Origin: Podarcis bocagei
Taxonomy: Eukaryota
Length of the DNA: 64,000 nucleotides
NCBI GenBank assembly: GCA_964188305.1
Contig: OZ076898.1
Direction: 5' to 3' (one strand)
The notes under the pieces: model-generated
Seen by the model: only the letters and a program-made list of their open reading frames with translations
Databases searched by the model: none
What the model was told of the DNA's origin: nothing
Shown: positions 40,388 to 52,263 of the stretch, in pieces
Layout: each line of letters begins with the position of its first letter
Numbering within the stretch: the first letter of the stretch is position 1
Position numbers and translations under genes: made by a program

Positions 40388-40946
40388 CTCTAACCACTAC
40401 ACCACACTGGCTTCCCAGAGTTCTTCTGCTATGGGAAAGCTCTATAAATTAAGTAGGTAAATAAATATGAGGAAAGCAAAATGTCACTTAGAGAAGGACC
40501 TATTTTTTTTAAGCTTGAATTTTGTTTTTAGTCTGGATTGTTTTATTTGAGGTTTTAATGTGTTGCAAACCGCTATTAGCTTATATATCTGAGTTTCTAA
40601 CACTGCCCCTTTTGTTACTTGCATTTGGAAACCCAGCCAGGAGCCCCCCTGCAGATGAGGAAAAAGAGACTGTCATCCACAAGCAAGATGACTAGCTGTC
40701 CTGGGTACCCCATAAGACTGACCTCCCATAGCTGTTAGCACTGTAGTTCCCACTCGGACTGAAGGGAGTTGTAGTACACATCATATGGAGGACACCAGAT
40801 TGGGGAAGGCTGGCCTACGGCTACTGAGCAAGTTGTTAAATACAAGCATGCAGTAACCAAGTGATGTAGGGGAATGAATGAAGCAGACCAAAGTTGGGAG
40901 AAAATCTACCATTTGTGCCACTTTTGGCCCTCTCTCATCCATAAAT

Positions 40947-41270
40947 GGGACGAAGGTGGCACTGTGGGTTAAACCACAGAGCCTAGGACTTGCCGATCAG
41001 AAGGTGGCGGTTCAAATCCCTGCAACAGGGTGAGTTCCCATTGCTCGGTCCCTGCTCCTGCCAACCTAGCAATTTGAAAGCACGTCAAAGTGCAAGTAGA
41101 TAAATAGGTACCACTCCGGCAGAAAGGTAAACGGCATTTCCGTGTGCTGCTCTGGTTCGCCAGAAGCAGCTTAGTCATGCTGGCTCCCTCGGCCAATAAA
41201 GCGAGATGAGCGCCGCAACCCCAGAGTTGTCTGCGACTGGACCTAATGGTCAGGGGTCCCTTTACCTTTT
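40947..41270 (+). mobile_element. Sauria SINE
   Basis: Same family; flanked by catccata direct repeats. Confidence 0.8.
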
Positions 41271-41959
41271 ACATCCATATACATTTTATGGCTGCAACAT
41301 TTTAGAAATGACCTGCCTGTGCAGATGGACCACTGCCTATGAGGACACTGTAGATGCAACATGCATGTTGCTATTATGTCTGAAGCAACCGGGTCACACA
41401 TTCCAGAAATACCCATGCATACCCAGGTAGCACGGTGGCAGCAGCTGTGCTCTTTGCTCTGAGAACCTGCATGTTCACTCATTCACACTAATCCTTGGTT
41501 TGTCTTAGCTCTTTGTACCAAGTGGGTCTGCATAAAGTGAGTTTTGAATATGCCTCCTTATGAAAGCAAAAAAAAAAAAAAAAAGATTCACATGTACGGA
41601 GTTGGAAAGCTGTTTTTGTTGTTGTTGGTATAGGGGCTCAAATGTTTCCTTTTGTGGGAGCCGTTGACAAAGGTCAGAAGCTCCAACTTCAGTGTGGATT
41701 TACAAAGGTGAAGGCTGACCAGGCTGATGATCTGGAGTATGGGGGGGGGAGCGTCTCCAGAGGAGAGCAGCTTACTCTGAACCCCTGAATCAGTTTTCAA
41801 CGTCACACATCTCAGCCTTGAAGGTCTCAAACTACAATGAAGATCAGAGCACCTCTGGGTATATGCAGAGTGCCTTTCTCTGTTGCCAGTGAAAAACCCC
41901 AAGCAGGAACCCCAGCACCTGTTGTTTCTGAAAAGGGATGAAGTTGGAAGGGGGGTGGC

Positions 41960-43200
41960 AGTGAAGCGGGGGCGCTCTCGGCGCGGAGAGGGCAAGGCAA
42001 AGCTGCTGCGTTTGGAATCTCTCCTGGATCCCTAGGTTAGATTTAGAAGGTCATATTAGGACAGAAATGGTGGCACGCGGTGGCGGCGACAGGAGAAAAG
42101 AGGTGATTAGCTGCCGCTGTTATGGGGCTCAGTAAGGATGTCCTTAAGGAGGGGGAGCTGGGAAATCCCTGCGGGGATTCCAGATTAAATTGGGTGGGGG
42201 GAACGAACCTTACACACACGTGCCAAGGGAGTCGGAGGGCGGTACAAGGAGGGTGGAAGTCGAGCGAGCAGCACCCACCTTCATGATGCCGGCGGCGGGG
42301 GCGGTCCTGGCCAGGCCGGGGGGGTCCCTCTCGGCCGAGTTGTCGCGGCTGCTGCAAGCGGAGCCTCCGGAACCGGAGCGCAGCGGACTCAGGTCGCCGG
42401 GGGCTCCTGCGGCTGTAGTGGCGGCGGCTGCAGGTCCTTCTTCTTTTTGCGGGGCGCGGGGGGGCCCGGGCCGGGGCAAGCCCGAGGGGGGACCACCGGG
42501 GGCTCCGTCCGCCATCCCCCCGCGGGGCTCCCAGCAGCCGCACCGGCCCGGCCCAGACGGGGTCCTCAGCTCCTGCCCCAGCGGCGCTTGCACGCCTTTT
42601 GGCGCGCGCCCCTGACCCCCGGCTTGGCAATGCCGGCTCCCCTTTGCCGGGGAAGGAAGGAAGGAGGGATACAGCCAGCGAGCGAGCAGACGCTGCCGCT
42701 GCCGCCGCCGGGGGTGGAGGGTTGGTGGGACGGCTGGGGCGGGGCCAGGCGCAGCACAGCCCCTACCCCAAACCGCGGCGCGGCCCCACGAGCGAGAGAC
42801 CCGCGCAACCGCGCGCCCCGCTGGCTCCTCCTCCCCCGCGCCCCTCCTCCCGCCAAGGCGCTCTTTGGAGCCCCGGAACCTTTTTTTCCTCTTGCCGGCG
42901 CTGCAATCAAAGGAGAGAATTCGCCCCTGCGCGTGCTGCGCTCGGGAGGGCCTGGAGCTCACCCCGGAGGGCTGCTCGGCACCCCCGCCCCCGCCTGTTG
43001 GATCCCGCGGCGGCAGGGTTAATGCAAGGGATGCAAATGCAGGGCTTTTCTCCGTTCACACGTGATTGTTATGGCTTCAGTGCCTGCGTGGATAAGCCTC
43101 CTCGAAGGCGCAGCCCCCCCCCCGCCCCCGAGTTGCCATCAGAACGGGGCTTGGCGGGAAAAGGGCAGCTCCCACTCAGCAGGACCTCGCCACGTTTTCA
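41960..43200. promoter_or_regulatory. CpG island / promoter of the PLCL2-like gene
   Basis: Very GC- and CpG-dense stretch with GC boxes (GGGGCGGGG ~42736, CCCGCCCC ~42983) spanning exon 1. Boundaries are approximate. Confidence 0.85.
42279..42515 (-). CDS. PLCL2-like gene, coding part of exon 1 (79 aa, MADGAPGG...AGIMK)
   Basis: ATG in GGGATGG context inside a CpG island. The Gly/Ala/Pro-rich N-terminus ends in IMK|GTGGGT, phase 0, like PLCL1/2 exon 1 ending in SIIK. It splices in frame to exon 2; the total CDS is 3303 nt (1100 aa). Confidence 0.82.
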
Positions 43201-46200
43201 AAAACGGCTGCATCAACACAGCACACAGTTAAAGCCCACCGTCCAAAGGATCCAGGGAGCTGTAGTTTGCAGAGAGCGTTGGGAATTGTAGCTCTGTGAG
43301 GGGGCAGGCTACAGTTCCCAGGATTCGTTGAGGGCGGGAAATACGCTTTAAATGTATGGTGTGTGCGTGCACTGAAGTATTTAGCACTGTAAGATCCCCT
43401 CACCCAGTGCCATGAAGTCCAGAGCCTAACATTACCTAACTGAATCCAGCCACCCCAACCCATTATGCATTTGACCCTATCTAACCATCAGGTCCTCCTG
43501 GTCACAGGACTGTTACCAAGCGGGCTTTGAGACCCTATTTATATATTATACAGTGGTACCTCAGGTTACATACGCTTCAGGTTACGCTTCAGGTTACAGA
43601 CTCCACTAACCTAGAAATAGTGCTTCAGGTTAAGAACAGAAATTGTGCTCTGGTGGCGCAGCGGCAGCAGAAGGCCCCATTAGCTAAAGTGGTGCTTCAG
43701 GTTAAGAACAGTTTCAGGTTAAGAACGGACCTCCGGAACGAATTAAGTACTTAACCTGAGGTACCACTGTACATCTATCCCACCCTTACTGGATAGCGAA
43801 TGTGCCTGATTTTTCCTTCCCTGTGCTTACCACAACCCTGTGATGTAAATTAGGCTGAGGGTCAAACAAGATGAGATGTGGGAGATCTACGATCGGAATC
43901 CACCATGCTTATTTTTTTATTAAAAAAATATTTACTGCAATAGGTTGTGAATCAGATTAGAATGGTGGTACTGGAGAAAGGTTTATGTGGTTGTTCTTTT
44001 CTTGTACGTTTTTTAATGGCCCTTTCATGCCCCAGAGCAGCTAACTGCCTAATGGCAGAAGATGGGATGGGTACCTTCACTCCCCCCCCCCTTGGGACAA
44101 ATAGCAATTTATTTGGTGGGGGTATTATATTGAGAATATGACAACAGTTGGAGGGTTAAAATATCCCTTTGGGGTTGTCAATGGAGGCCCTTTTGCACTT
44201 GACTCTTCAACCTCAAGTTTGGAAGGTGCCTACAAGGAGAAGCCCTCTTCAGTGGTGGCTCCCTGATAGTGCAGTGCTCTCTCTAGAAAAGCTTGTGAGG
44301 TGCCTTCATTACCCTTTTCAGTGCCAGGCTAATAATTTTCTGTTCTCCAGGCCTTTTTTTAAAAAAAATATACTCACTGCTTTTTCATAGCTGGTTGTTT
44401 TTTGACTGTGGCTGCTACTGAATTTTGTTCCCTGTGCCAAGAAGCGGCATTCAAACAGTGGCACCGTAAGAGCAGGATTTGGGGCAGATGTCCAGCAGAA
44501 TAAACATGAAGCCAACTGGTTTTGCTATATTCTGAAGTAGGTGAAGCAATGCATATCACTCTCTTAAAGGCCTCCTCACCACCACCAGTGAGACCATGGG
44601 TAAGTCCAGCACCCAAATTTACCTAAATGAACCACTGAAACTAAACATAACTATTGATTCTCTCTTACCCTTTTTATACCAATGTGTCCGTGTTTCCATT
44701 CCATCTCCAATCCATCCATTGGGTCAAGCCCAATAAAGAATTCTGTGTGACATGGAAATTTGCTTTCAGGATTTTATGCACTTGTTGATTCTGGAAGTTT
44801 ATTTGTATGTGTGTTGGTGTTATTTTTATAAGCTACATACCATTTCTGGGAAAGACACTCTTTTATAATAACCATTCCAATGTCATAAATCACTTAATTG
44901 TTACCAGAGGGAACAAACTTGGAAATAAATCCAGTTACTAGACCATAAAATGTTAGCAGTCTACTTACTGAGGCATCCTAATGTCAGCCACTTAGAGTGC
45001 ACCAGTGACCTACAAGAAAAAAAGACCATCAACATATTATTTTGTAGTGTGCCAACCCTCCCCCCAACTTCTTATATTGGTTGCCTTGAGATGGCTCTTA
45101 CTTACCACAGGTAACCAGGCAGCCCAGTGTAACAGAGAAAACTCTCTACAAGAATCTAGAGTAGGATAATATTGAGTGTTTGATTGGGGGTGGGAAGACC
45201 TCACTTCAAATCCTTGTCCCGATGTGATGGTTAAAAAAGTTAATCTCTCTCAGCCTAACCTACCTCACTGGGCTGTTGTGATAAATTAAATTAACCCTTC
45301 ATATGCTGCCTAGAGCTCTTTGGAGAAAAGTTGGGGTGACAAATTAATCTTTCAGGCAAGTAGCTTAGAGGTCAAAAGTACATGGCAGAGGCAAGCTCAC
45401 CATGAACCAACTCAAAATAGCTGATTGGGACAAGAGGCCAAATCTGGTGCCATGTTCTTGCCTGCAATTTCATCAAAATGGTGTAAATTTTATTATTTAA
45501 AAAAACCACTCTGGTTCACAGCAAGGGGACATTGTTTCGTTGTCAACATGTTAGAACTCAGCACTGACTCCTAGACTGGATGTCAGAAGCTGCTGTGATC
45601 ATCCCCCAATAACTGCCTCATCTAATCCAGAATGATCCAATTGTTTTCCAGAGCAGCTGGTTCCCAGCAATTTCAGGATGAAAAAATTGCCTGTTGCAGC
45701 TAACACGCCCGCCCCCCGCCCCACTCTGCACCTGGCTTAGAAGGGCTGCTATCCCTGACTCTCCATTGATCATTCAGAGAGCTAGAGCAGCGTTAATGAG
45801 ATCCTGAAGGTTGGGCGCTCTATAATTGGCAGTGCAGCTTTGCAAGGCTCCTGCTACCCAGACCAGCACTCGTGAAAGATGCTGGCCTTAGTAGTGGGGT
45901 AGCAATTAGTGTGGAGCAGAAGGAACCCCCTACCTGGCCCTGCTGAGCACCAGCTGCTGGCATCAAAGCACGAAGGCCAGCGTCTACTTGCATGTCCATG
46001 CAGAAAAGGGCAGAGGATGGGATGATATTGTTGGTAGGGAAGAGATTATTGCCCATTTTCCATATTGTTTTCTGGTCCCCATTTATTGAGCAGAGGGAAG
46101 GGATGTTGGTATGGAAATTAATGAAGTTCCTGGTAGTCTTTTCAAGAAAAAGTTTCCTTTGCAGAAAGACTTTGTCTTTTTAAAGGTTTATGCAATAAAA

Positions 46201-46309
46201 TATTAAATAACAATTGTTAAAATTAATGGTTGCCTATACAAGATAAATCTCCTTATGTGCCACAATGACAGTGTTATCATTATCAGTAATAATAATATCA
46301 TTATAATGA

Positions 46310-46459
46310 CAGGTAGGTAGCCTGTTGAAACAAAATAAACAAATTCCTTCCAGTATCTGGAAGTATCTGAAGAAGTGTGCATGCACACGAAAGCTCATAC
46401 CAATAACTAACTTAGTTGGTCTCTAAGGTGCTACTGGAAGGAATTTTTTTTATTTTGTT
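46310..46459 (+). mobile_element. Second copy of the 51.3-kb Penelope-like family (short left arm)
   Basis: Near-identical to 51400-51492 (gtatctgaagaagtgtgcatgcacacgaaagctcatacc...ctactggaaggaattttt). Confidence 0.65.
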
Positions 46460-49400
46460 ATCATAATGATGATTAAGTAGCCTTTTAAATGCACCACAGT
46501 ACATTAGATTATTGTTGTTGTTTTCAGTATCCATTACATTAATGATTAAGTTCATGGTAGCATTTGCAATATGATTTTTTGTTTGCAGGAAGGCTTTTGT
46601 TTTGTAATCATTTGTTTCTTCACAAATGGGCAGCCTAGAACAGGTCTTACCATGGTTCAGACTGAGGTAGACAGTACTAGTCTTAAAGTAACATCATCAG
46701 TTCAGCAGGATACTTGAACCAACTTTTCAGCTATTGCCCTTTAGCTCTCCTCACAGCACTCCTTGCCAAGAAAACTGGTCTTCGTTTTGCCATCCTTCTT
46801 TCATTCTGCAGGTGAGTGTGAACTCCAGGAATGTTTCGATGCAGCCTGGGCCAAAAAGGATACCCTAATTGCCCTTTAAATGCTCATTGTCCCCAACAAC
46901 AGGCTAGCTAAGGCGAAAGCTATTTCTCTGCTTTGCTACACAACAGCACAGCAGTACATCCACAGCATCCTTTCGAAAACAACACTGAAGCTGTGCATAT
47001 CCTGCACGATTCACTGCTGGCAACAAGATGGTCCTAAACAATGGGACATTTTGTACAGAACCTAGCACACTGGAGATGTGAAATGATGACTAGGAACAGA
47101 TGGGAGTGATGAATTTCTGACGAGGTGCTGGGAGGCCCAAAGGAAAGTGCTTAGAGATGCCAGCCTCCAATTCCGCGTTAATCTACTGGCACTGGCAGCG
47201 AGGCAGGGCTTTGGGGCAGAAAGCAAGGCTGCATCCAGCAGAATGAGCAAGCACCGCTGCTGGCTTTCCACAATTTGAAGCAAAACAATACACGGCATCA
47301 TCTAAAGACCATTTTAAGTAAAGGAATATACATTGCCATTTGAGACCATTAAGGCCAGAATCTAAAATGACCCAGCTGTTTGAAACCTAAACCCTGGACT
47401 TTGGATAAATGGTGTGGCCCTGCATGGAAAGGAAGCTTCCTCTGAGCCTAAAACTCTGCTTGCCCCCTAATTCCAGATGCACATAGAGCTGGGTGGGGCA
47501 GGCAAATTGGAGAAACACACTTTGCACATGACCATAATTTGCATCCAGCCTGTGGGTGAATCTTGGGTTCTAGTTTGGTCTTTCTCTAAACCACGCCCAC
47601 TTCAGGCATCACCCAAAGTCACCTGTCAATCACCTGAGTAAAACAGCAACAACCCAGAGCGGATCTGAGAAGTCTGAAGTCTGCCCACCTAGACGGAGAG
47701 GCACTTCCAGATCTAGGATTCCTGGCTGCACTGCGGTTGCCCCTGTTAGAAGTGTCAGGATGCAACTCAGCTTCCACTATAGGTTGATGTTTCTGCATTA
47801 GAAGGAACGCTAGCAGGATACTCCACACAAAAAACACAATGGGATACTGAGTTCTCCACTCCAAGATGGAGAAAATCAGTGAGAGCTCACACCAACCGGA
47901 AGGAACACCCTTTCAGCAAGAGGCTATCAAATAAGGTGGACCAGATGTTCTGGTTTGCAGCATGGAGGGCAACAAAGGCTGTGGCAATGCTGGGAGGCGA
48001 GGTGGGTGAAGTTCCAGAGCAAGATGCACAGCCGGAAGGGGCAGCAGAGCTTGCACGAGGATGCTCAGCTTGCCCAGAAGCATGCCAGCATCACTTTGCA
48101 AGGGAAGATGACATTCCCAAACCAACATCATGGGAAGAAGTTGAAACCTTGGCCAGGGAAGAAGCTGTCAAGTGGAAGAAAACAGCTAAAGCACTGGATG
48201 CTGTCCTTGCGCAACCCAGATTGCACTGTAGGCTGACGCATCTGCACGAGAAAGGGTACCTCCAAGCTTCCTAGACTGCCCTTCTTGTGCTTACCTCCAT
48301 GGCCCTTAATTCAGTGTTAGCTTGATACTCTCAGGATTGCTTCCTCACTTCCTGCTTCCCTCCTATTCCTTCATTCCTCTCTTGAGAGCAGGCTTACTTT
48401 GGCGCTCTCTTCTCTTGAGATGCAAGATCATCTCCACCTCAGGGATCTTTCCCATCAATGTGTGTACTTCCTGTAGTGAGTATTAGCTTTCTGGTTTTCT
48501 TAAATGCAGAGCTTCCGTGTGACTGTAAAGGGAAACTGTGCTCCTTCACCGGGGATTCTGCCTTGGTTCAGCTTCTTCCAGCATTCAGCTCCAAATGCTA
48601 GCAGCCCCCGTCCTCCCCATCTCTGGGCAGCAGCTGTCCCCACAGTAGGTTCCCTCCACAGGAAGGCCTAGCCTCTTCGCTTGAAGCCTGCATGTGTCCA
48701 CGGAAACCAGCTGGTCCCAGCCAGCCATGGAAGTGACTCCATATTCAAAGAGGCTTTGCCAGGAACCAAAGTTATACAGTACTGCAAAATATTTTTTTTT
48801 TAAAAAAAAGAAAATCAAAACGGAAAGTCGGCCTCCAATCACACACACAAATCTCTTAATGGGGATTAAAGGAGATTCATTCGTAGCCACAAAGCAAAAG
48901 AGATAATCCCGCTTCCTTGTGCTTCATCTTTTAAACACACACGCAGATACACAATCGTTCCTATTTCTCCTAACCCAAAGCAGAACACAGTCAGCTTAAG
49001 AGGCATTTTGGAACGGGCAGTACTAAAAGGAGAAGTCCCAAGTCTCAGATCAGCCTGAAAGCCACAGACTTTGAGCTGAAAAGCTCTCCCACCCCCACGC
49101 CTCTGGGGTCAGGTTATGGTTCCGTTGTGCAGAGAAAAGGCACTGTGCTTTCCCAGGGCTCTGTCTCATTGCTTCAGATACATTCTCTGGATCAGCCTTA
49201 AAGTTGAAAAGTAAAGTCACACCCACACCATATGTTTAAAGCACTCTTATACGGTCAAAGAGAATCTTGGGAACTGTAGTTGGTAAGGGTACTGGAAATT
49301 GTAGGCCGGCACCCTTAAGAAACTACTATTTGGGGAAGCCATGACTGTTATAAAGTGGTATGATACTGCTTTAAATGTCTGGTGTGAATGTGAGTCAAGT

Positions 49401-51257
49401 TTGGGAATTGAGCCATATAAAGCCGTAGGCTGATTCTAGCTTCTACATGCAGAGGATCAGATCTCTCAAAACAGTGCTGCAAGTGGCCCTGCTTCTGTGC
49501 AACGCTGACGGACGCATTGAAATGATAAGAAAGCGAAATGAATGCTGTGCAAGAGAAGGAAGAGCAGGGGAATAGGTCAGGAAAAGAAGTTATGTTTATT
49601 GGGAGATGCCCCCCCCCCAAGTTCCTAGGCAAATAGATTAAAGGGGATTAACACTCCCCACCCAGGGCACATTTCCTGCACTTTAAACCAGGTGTGGCCC
49701 TCCAGAATGTGTGGGATTCTAAACCCCATCAGCCCCAACCAGCTTGGCCAGGAATGGTGGGAGTTGTAGTCCAGCAACACATGGCGGGCCACAGGTTCCC
49801 ACCCCTACTTTAAACAGTTGCAGGAAAGGAGACAGTTGAACAGACAAGCCTTTCCCCTGCAGTGATGTGGAAACTTCCATCTGTTGAATTGCTCTGTTCC
49901 ACAGCTGTTGAACAAAGGGGTAATGGATGGGTAGAATCCTGCCAAAGGGCCAGAGTTGGCTTTTCCTTTTAAGGGGACAGATTTGTGATTTGGAGGCCTA
50001 CCTGCAAATCCATCCTAACCTCTTTTCGGAGTATGCAGGCATACTTTACACTCTCCAGTGGGACGATTTCAGATGGGGCTTAATGTGGGCTTTTTACTCA
50101 CACAGAATCAGGGGTGCCAACTTGAATACAAATACTGGGGGGACCAGGTAAGCCTTACACCACATAACTGAGCCCATTGAGCACACACACCATTTGAATG
50201 GCAATGCCCATCAACTTGGGGGGGGGGTAGCCCACTCAAATATGTTAATAGAGGGCCGAAGCCCCCTTGGCCCCCATAAGTTGGCTCTATGCACGGAACA
50301 GCAGAACTGGATGGAAATATCCCTTCTGAATGTAAGAGCCAAGGGAAGACCCTAGGTGCAATTTGGCCACATTCACCTTTTCCAAGCTGAAAAACTTGAT
50401 TTCCGAGCACCCTCTGGTGGCCGCGTTGTGCTTAATCCAGAACAGGTAACAGCAATGTTTCCAGGATGGAGTGGGAATAGGGCCCTCCATATACCCTTCT
50501 CATAGTGCATTCATGATTATTTGTGCTCACGATGCTAACATGGCAGTCATAGGCAATCCCACTTTTGCATCTGTTGATCTTTTGAGGAGGACTTACTGCT
50601 TTGTTCCTAATTGGAAATCCGGAGATTCAACTTATGTAGCTCTCTCTCATTCATGTTTTCAAAGCACAGGGAATCTCTCTATTCAGGAAGGAGAAAGTGT
50701 GAAACAGCAGTAGTTGGAGAACACCCCATTGGTGAAGGGGGGAACTAAAGGAGGCACAAGGGGTTCACAATCTTCATTAAGCCAAGATATGTATGGGCCC
50801 TTGTTTGTTTTGCAGTTGTATAACTTGGGTCATTTTAGACCTTAGACTTAAATGGTCTTGGAGATGAGGGTGCTTTTGATGGCATGCATAATCCCGCTTA
50901 TTCCAAAATGCAGTAAGACAGCTCTGCTACGTTTAGGCCCTTTCTGCTGAGTGAGGCCATGGACCTCTGCTTCCAAAGGCCAAACTATTTGTCCAAGTAA
51001 CCCAAGCAGCAGGAGTCAGCGAGAGAGTGAGTTTTACCATCACCTGCCACTTTGCCTTATTAAGTGGCGTTGCAAAGCTTGCAAGATCCTTCCCATAGGT
51101 TACTCCTTTCCTTGGAGTGATCCAACACTCTCACCTACATATGCAAGTAGGACCAGCTTAGTTGAGAGGATAGGCAGCTGCCTGGGATGGAAAAAAATCG
51201 AGAGGGATTCAGCTACTCGTCCTCAAGAAGGCAGGCATAACTGCCTCACTGCAGATC

Positions 51258-51492
51258 TAGATAGGTAGCCGTGTTGGTCTGCCATAGTCAAAATAAAAAA
51301 ATTCCTTCCAGTAGCACCTTAAAGACCAACTAAGTTAGTTCTTGGTATGAGCTTTCGTGTGCATGCACACTTCTTCAGATACAGTGTATCAGATACTGTG
51401 TATCTGAAGAAGTGTGTATGCACACGAAAGCTCATACCAAGAACTAACTTAGTTGGTCTTTAAGGTGCTACTGGAAGGAATTTTTTTATTTT
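51258..51492. mobile_element. Penelope-like retroelement palindromic remnant with hammerhead-like motifs and a 12-bp TSD
   Basis: ~94-bp inverted arms (51290-51383 / 51399-51492); direct repeat tcactgcagatc at 51246-51257 and 51492-51503. Confidence 0.7.
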
Positions 51493-52257
51493 CACTGCAG
51501 ATCATTAGGGCCAGGGATGGGCATGGCTTTGTGGGAGAGCATCTGCTTTGCAAGCATGTTTCCTGGTTCAATCTCTGGCATCTCCAAGTAGGGCTGGGAA
51601 CGTCCTCTACCTGAAACACTGGAGAGCTGTTTGCCGTCGTCGGTGTCAATACTGAGCTAGGTGGACCACAGGTCTGACCAAGCATAAGGCAGCTTCCTAT
51701 GTCCTTGAGTGTGTTTTACAGCATCTTCTCCCATTCACTTGCATGGGGCAAGGGAAAGCAGGGTGTCAGGGAGTACCTGTAGGAACAACGTGATTTGGTT
51801 CTTTGGAGGTTTCCTGGGTAAATGCCATCATCCACCCTGGAAGCACCTCAACTGCTTGTAGATACCCGTGTTCCCTTTCACACTGACTGCTAGCCGGATT
51901 GGATTTGTTTGTTCATTGTATCCTCCCACACCTTTGTGTTTTGTTGAATACAAGAAGCTGCCGCGTGTTGACAGCTTCTAGGAGCCACAGGTGAGAGCTG
52001 AGTGAAGGGTGGGGACCCAAAGTGGACAGAAGGAGCGCGGCATGTCCCCCCAACAGAGGCACTACATCATCATCAGTCAGTGGTATCAAGGCATGGGAGT
52101 ATGGGAGAGCCTTACAATGAACAGTCAGGAAGCACTATGCAGATCAGTTAAGATTAACTTTGTGCTCCCAGTTCAAAAGGTTAAAGGTTGTAGCAAAATA
52201 CACTGGGATGAAGACACAATGACCAGTCTCCTTTTCAACACATAAAAGACAAGTACA

Positions 52258-52263
52258 TTTATT
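52258..52263 (-). terminator. Candidate distal STAT5 poly(A) signal (another AATAAA at 52661-52666)
   Basis: AATAAA on minus followed by GU/U-rich sequence (GTACTTGTCTTTTATGTGTTG) at the end of an AT-rich, UTR-like region. Confidence 0.4.

Noticed and set aside
42043-43291. Several overlapping 114-250 aa ORFs
   Set aside because: Stop-poor CpG island; only 42279-42515 is supported by homology and splice phase.
47879-48274. 131-aa plus ORF, and faint GHDC-like words in nearby frames
   Set aside because: The similarities are too short and inconsistent in strand and frame to call a gene or pseudogene by eye.
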